Assembly: GCA_016931895.1 (NCBI GenBank)
Contig: JAFGDY010000227.1
Location: 30,389 to 54,388 of the forward strand
Direction: 5' to 3'
Length of the DNA stretch: 24,000 nucleotides
DNA from: Anaerolineae bacterium
GTDB lineage: Bacteria > Chloroflexota > Anaerolineae > 4572-78 > J111
Shown: positions 22,641 through 24,000 of the stretch, piece by piece
Numbering within the stretch: the first letter of the stretch is position 1
Layout: each line of letters starts with the position of its first letter
Notes under the pieces: model-generated
The model's input: the letters and a program-made list of their open reading frames with translations, nothing else
Databases searched by the model: none
Told to the model about the DNA's origin: nothing
Made by a program: the position numbers and the translations under genes

Positions 22641-23550
22641 TTCAAATAATAAGATTGCTCCAGAGAATAAGTTGCCGCAACGCAAACCAAAATGGCTAAA
22701 AGTGCGTATTCCGGCCAGTAATGGCTATGAGCGCCTTAAAAAGTTAATGCAGGAAAAGGGCCTGCATACGGTGTGTGAAGAGGCAATGTGCCCCAATATT
22801 GGCGAGTGCTGGCACCGAGGCACGGCCACTTTTTTGCTCCTGGGAGATATTTGCACCCGTTCCTGCGGCTTTTGCCATATCAAAACGGGCCGCCCTGCCG
22901 GGCTGGATGAAGACGAACCCCGCCGGGTGGCCGAGAGCGTGCTGGCCATGAAGCTCAACCATTGCGTGCTAACTTCGGTTAACCGAGACGAGTTGCCCGA
23001 CGGCGGCGCGCACATTTTTGCCAACACCATCCGTGAAATTCGCAAACGGATGTCTCATTGCACGGTTGAGGTGCTCATTCCCGACTTTAAGGGCGACCGA
23101 GCGGCTTTGCAGAAGGTTATGGAGACCCGGCCCGAAATTCTCAACCACAATATTGAAACCGTGCCTCGTCTTTATCGGACGGTGCGGCCTCAGGCCAATT
23201 ACCAACGCTCGCTCAAGGTTCTGGCCCAGGCCAAAGAACTGGATCCCGGCGCAATCACCAAAAGCGGGATTATGGTGGGCCTGGGTGAAACTAAAGAAGA
23301 AATTTTTAACGTTATGCGCGACCTGCGGGAACATCAGGTTGATATTTTGACCATCGGCCAATATCTGCGGCCTTCGTCGCTGCACCTGCCCATTTACCGT
23401 TACGTTCATCCAGACGAGTTCGGAGAATTTCACCACGTAGGGTTGGAGTTGGGCTTTCGCTGGGTGGAAAGTGGCCCGCTGGTCCGCAGCAGCTACCACG
23501 CCGCGGGCCAGGCCGAAGCGCTGGCCCTGCCGGTTCGGTCATTAACCTAA
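22624..23550 (+). CDS. lipA: Lipoyl synthase (radical SAM)
   Basis: ATG 22624 (the track uses TTG 22621). The auxiliary-cluster motif [12 protein letters not shown] (CX4CX5C), the radical-SAM CTRSCGFC (CX3CX2C) and the C-terminal VRSSYHA (RSSY) are all present. Confidence 0.93.
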   Translation: MPNLIDSNNKIAPENKLPQRKPKWLKVRIPASNGYERLKKLMQEKGLHTVCEEAMCPNIGECWHRGTATFLLLGDICTRSCGFCHIKTGRPAGLDEDEPRRVAESVLAMKLNHCVLTSVNRDELPDGGAHIFANTIREIRKRMSHCTVEVLIPDFKGDRAALQKVMETRPEILNHNIETVPRLYRTVRPQANYQRSLKVLAQAKELDPGAITKSGIMVGLGETKEEIFNVMRDLREHQVDILTIGQYLRPSSLHLPIYRYVHPDEFGEFHHVGLELGFRWVESGPLVRSSYHAAGQAEALALPVRSLT

Positions 23551-23571
23551 CCACAAAAGATGGATCCAGGG

Positions 23572-23611
23572 CCGGGGGCGTAGTTTCAGCTACGCCCCCG
23601 GTTGTGTTTTT
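23572..23611 (+). terminator. Rho-independent terminator after lipA (possibly bidirectional between convergent genes)
   Basis: CCGGGGGCGTAG (23572..23583), loop TTTCAG, CTACGCCCCCGG (23590..23601), followed by TTGTGTTTTT. It is a 12-bp GC-rich stem. Confidence 0.75.
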
Positions 23612-24000
23612 ACCCCGTTTCCACCTCAAAGCCGGCGGTCTTGATCATCTGCTTCATGCCCGCCAGGCCCACCTCATCAGGAATTTCCCACACCTTATCC
23701 TGGCCGTTAAAACGACGACCGGGAATATTTTTGATAAAAGCCAGCATTTCTTGAAACGAACCACCGGTCATCACCAGCGGGAACACCCCCACGCGCACGC
23801 GGATGCGGTCGCCGCCGCGCTGCTGTTTGCCGGGAATTTTGGCCGAGGTTGAGCCGGACGGTTTCTGTTGCCCAGGTAGAGGTTCCAGGTCAAAAGGTGG
23901 GGGCTGGTCGTATAAATCATAATCAGGCGGCGGGATCAATTCATCATCCCCCCAAGCCGGCGGATTGGGCGGCGGCGGTAGATTATCCTCATCCCAATCC
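23610..24000 (-). CDS. Hypothetical protein, 5'-partial: Pro/Asp-rich low-complexity region followed by a small C-terminal domain with a HARP-like sequence pattern
   Basis: The track starts it at TTG 23939, but my translation of 23940..24000 in the same frame is open (DWDEDNLPPPPNPPAWGDDEL-IPPPDYDLYD...), so the gene continues beyond the window. The C-terminus reads RIRVRVGVFPLVMTGGSFQEMLAFIKNIPGRRFNGQDKVWEIPDEVGLAGMKQMIKTAGFEVE. Confidence 0.55.
   Translation of the reverse strand, partial: DWDEDNLPPPPNPPAWGDDELIPPPDYDLYDQPPPFDLEPLPGQQKPSGSTSAKIPGKQQRGGDRIRVRVGVFPLVMTGGSFQEMLAFIKNIPGRRFNGQDKVWEIPDEVGLAGMKQMIKTAGFEVETG

Noticed and set aside
22969-23499. 176-aa minus-strand ORF (and 22725..23045, 23312..23629) antisense to lipA
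   Set aside because: lipA on the plus strand has all three diagnostic Cys/RSSY motifs. The antisense frames are shadow ORFs.

Overview
This window reads as core chromosome of a moderately GC-rich bacterium. Pro/Thr-rich extracytoplasmic linkers, a DapL-type lysine pathway and RodZ/FemAB genes give it a Chloroflexota-like flavour, but that is only a guess. I can support 22 protein-coding genes. I saw no rRNA, tRNA, CRISPR array, transposase or intact integrase.

Gene blocks:
- (i) Minus strand: an FTCD_C-type cyclodeaminase (partial), a RodZ-like protein, a FemAB-family transferase, an MFS transporter, and a ~960-aa polytopic membrane protein ending in an ILEI/PANDER-like domain.
- (ii) Plus strand: a DAG-kinase-like lipid kinase, plsY, and a receiver::Roadblock fusion.
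- (iii) Minus strand: a tightly packed lysine/diaminopimelate operon, dapB-dapA-asd-lysA-dapL, followed by a PTR1/FolM-like SDR and a small TM ORF.
- (iv) Minus strand: a UxuB-like SDR plus a LarA-like (nickel-pincer racemase/epimerase family) gene.
- (v) Plus strand: a membrane-anchored Pro/Thr-rich protein with a degenerate integrase-like N-terminus, a small ORF, then lipB-lipA.
- (vi) A 5'-partial minus-strand gene at the right edge.

Starts in the supplied ORF track are longest-ORF starts that include TTG/GTG. Several were moved to internal ATGs with good Shine-Dalgarno sequences.

I did not find a clear-cut new multi-gene system. The unusual items are:
- a LipB homolog lacking the catalytic Cys
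- the GT-C-like/ILEI membrane protein
- the REC::Roadblock fusion
- a conserved 25-nt motif plus hairpin present twice inside the lysine operon
- a perfect 18-bp palindrome in a divergent control region
- a possible LarA-like/UxuB-like sugar-acid pair

All functional calls rest on motif recognition by eye. No database search was run.
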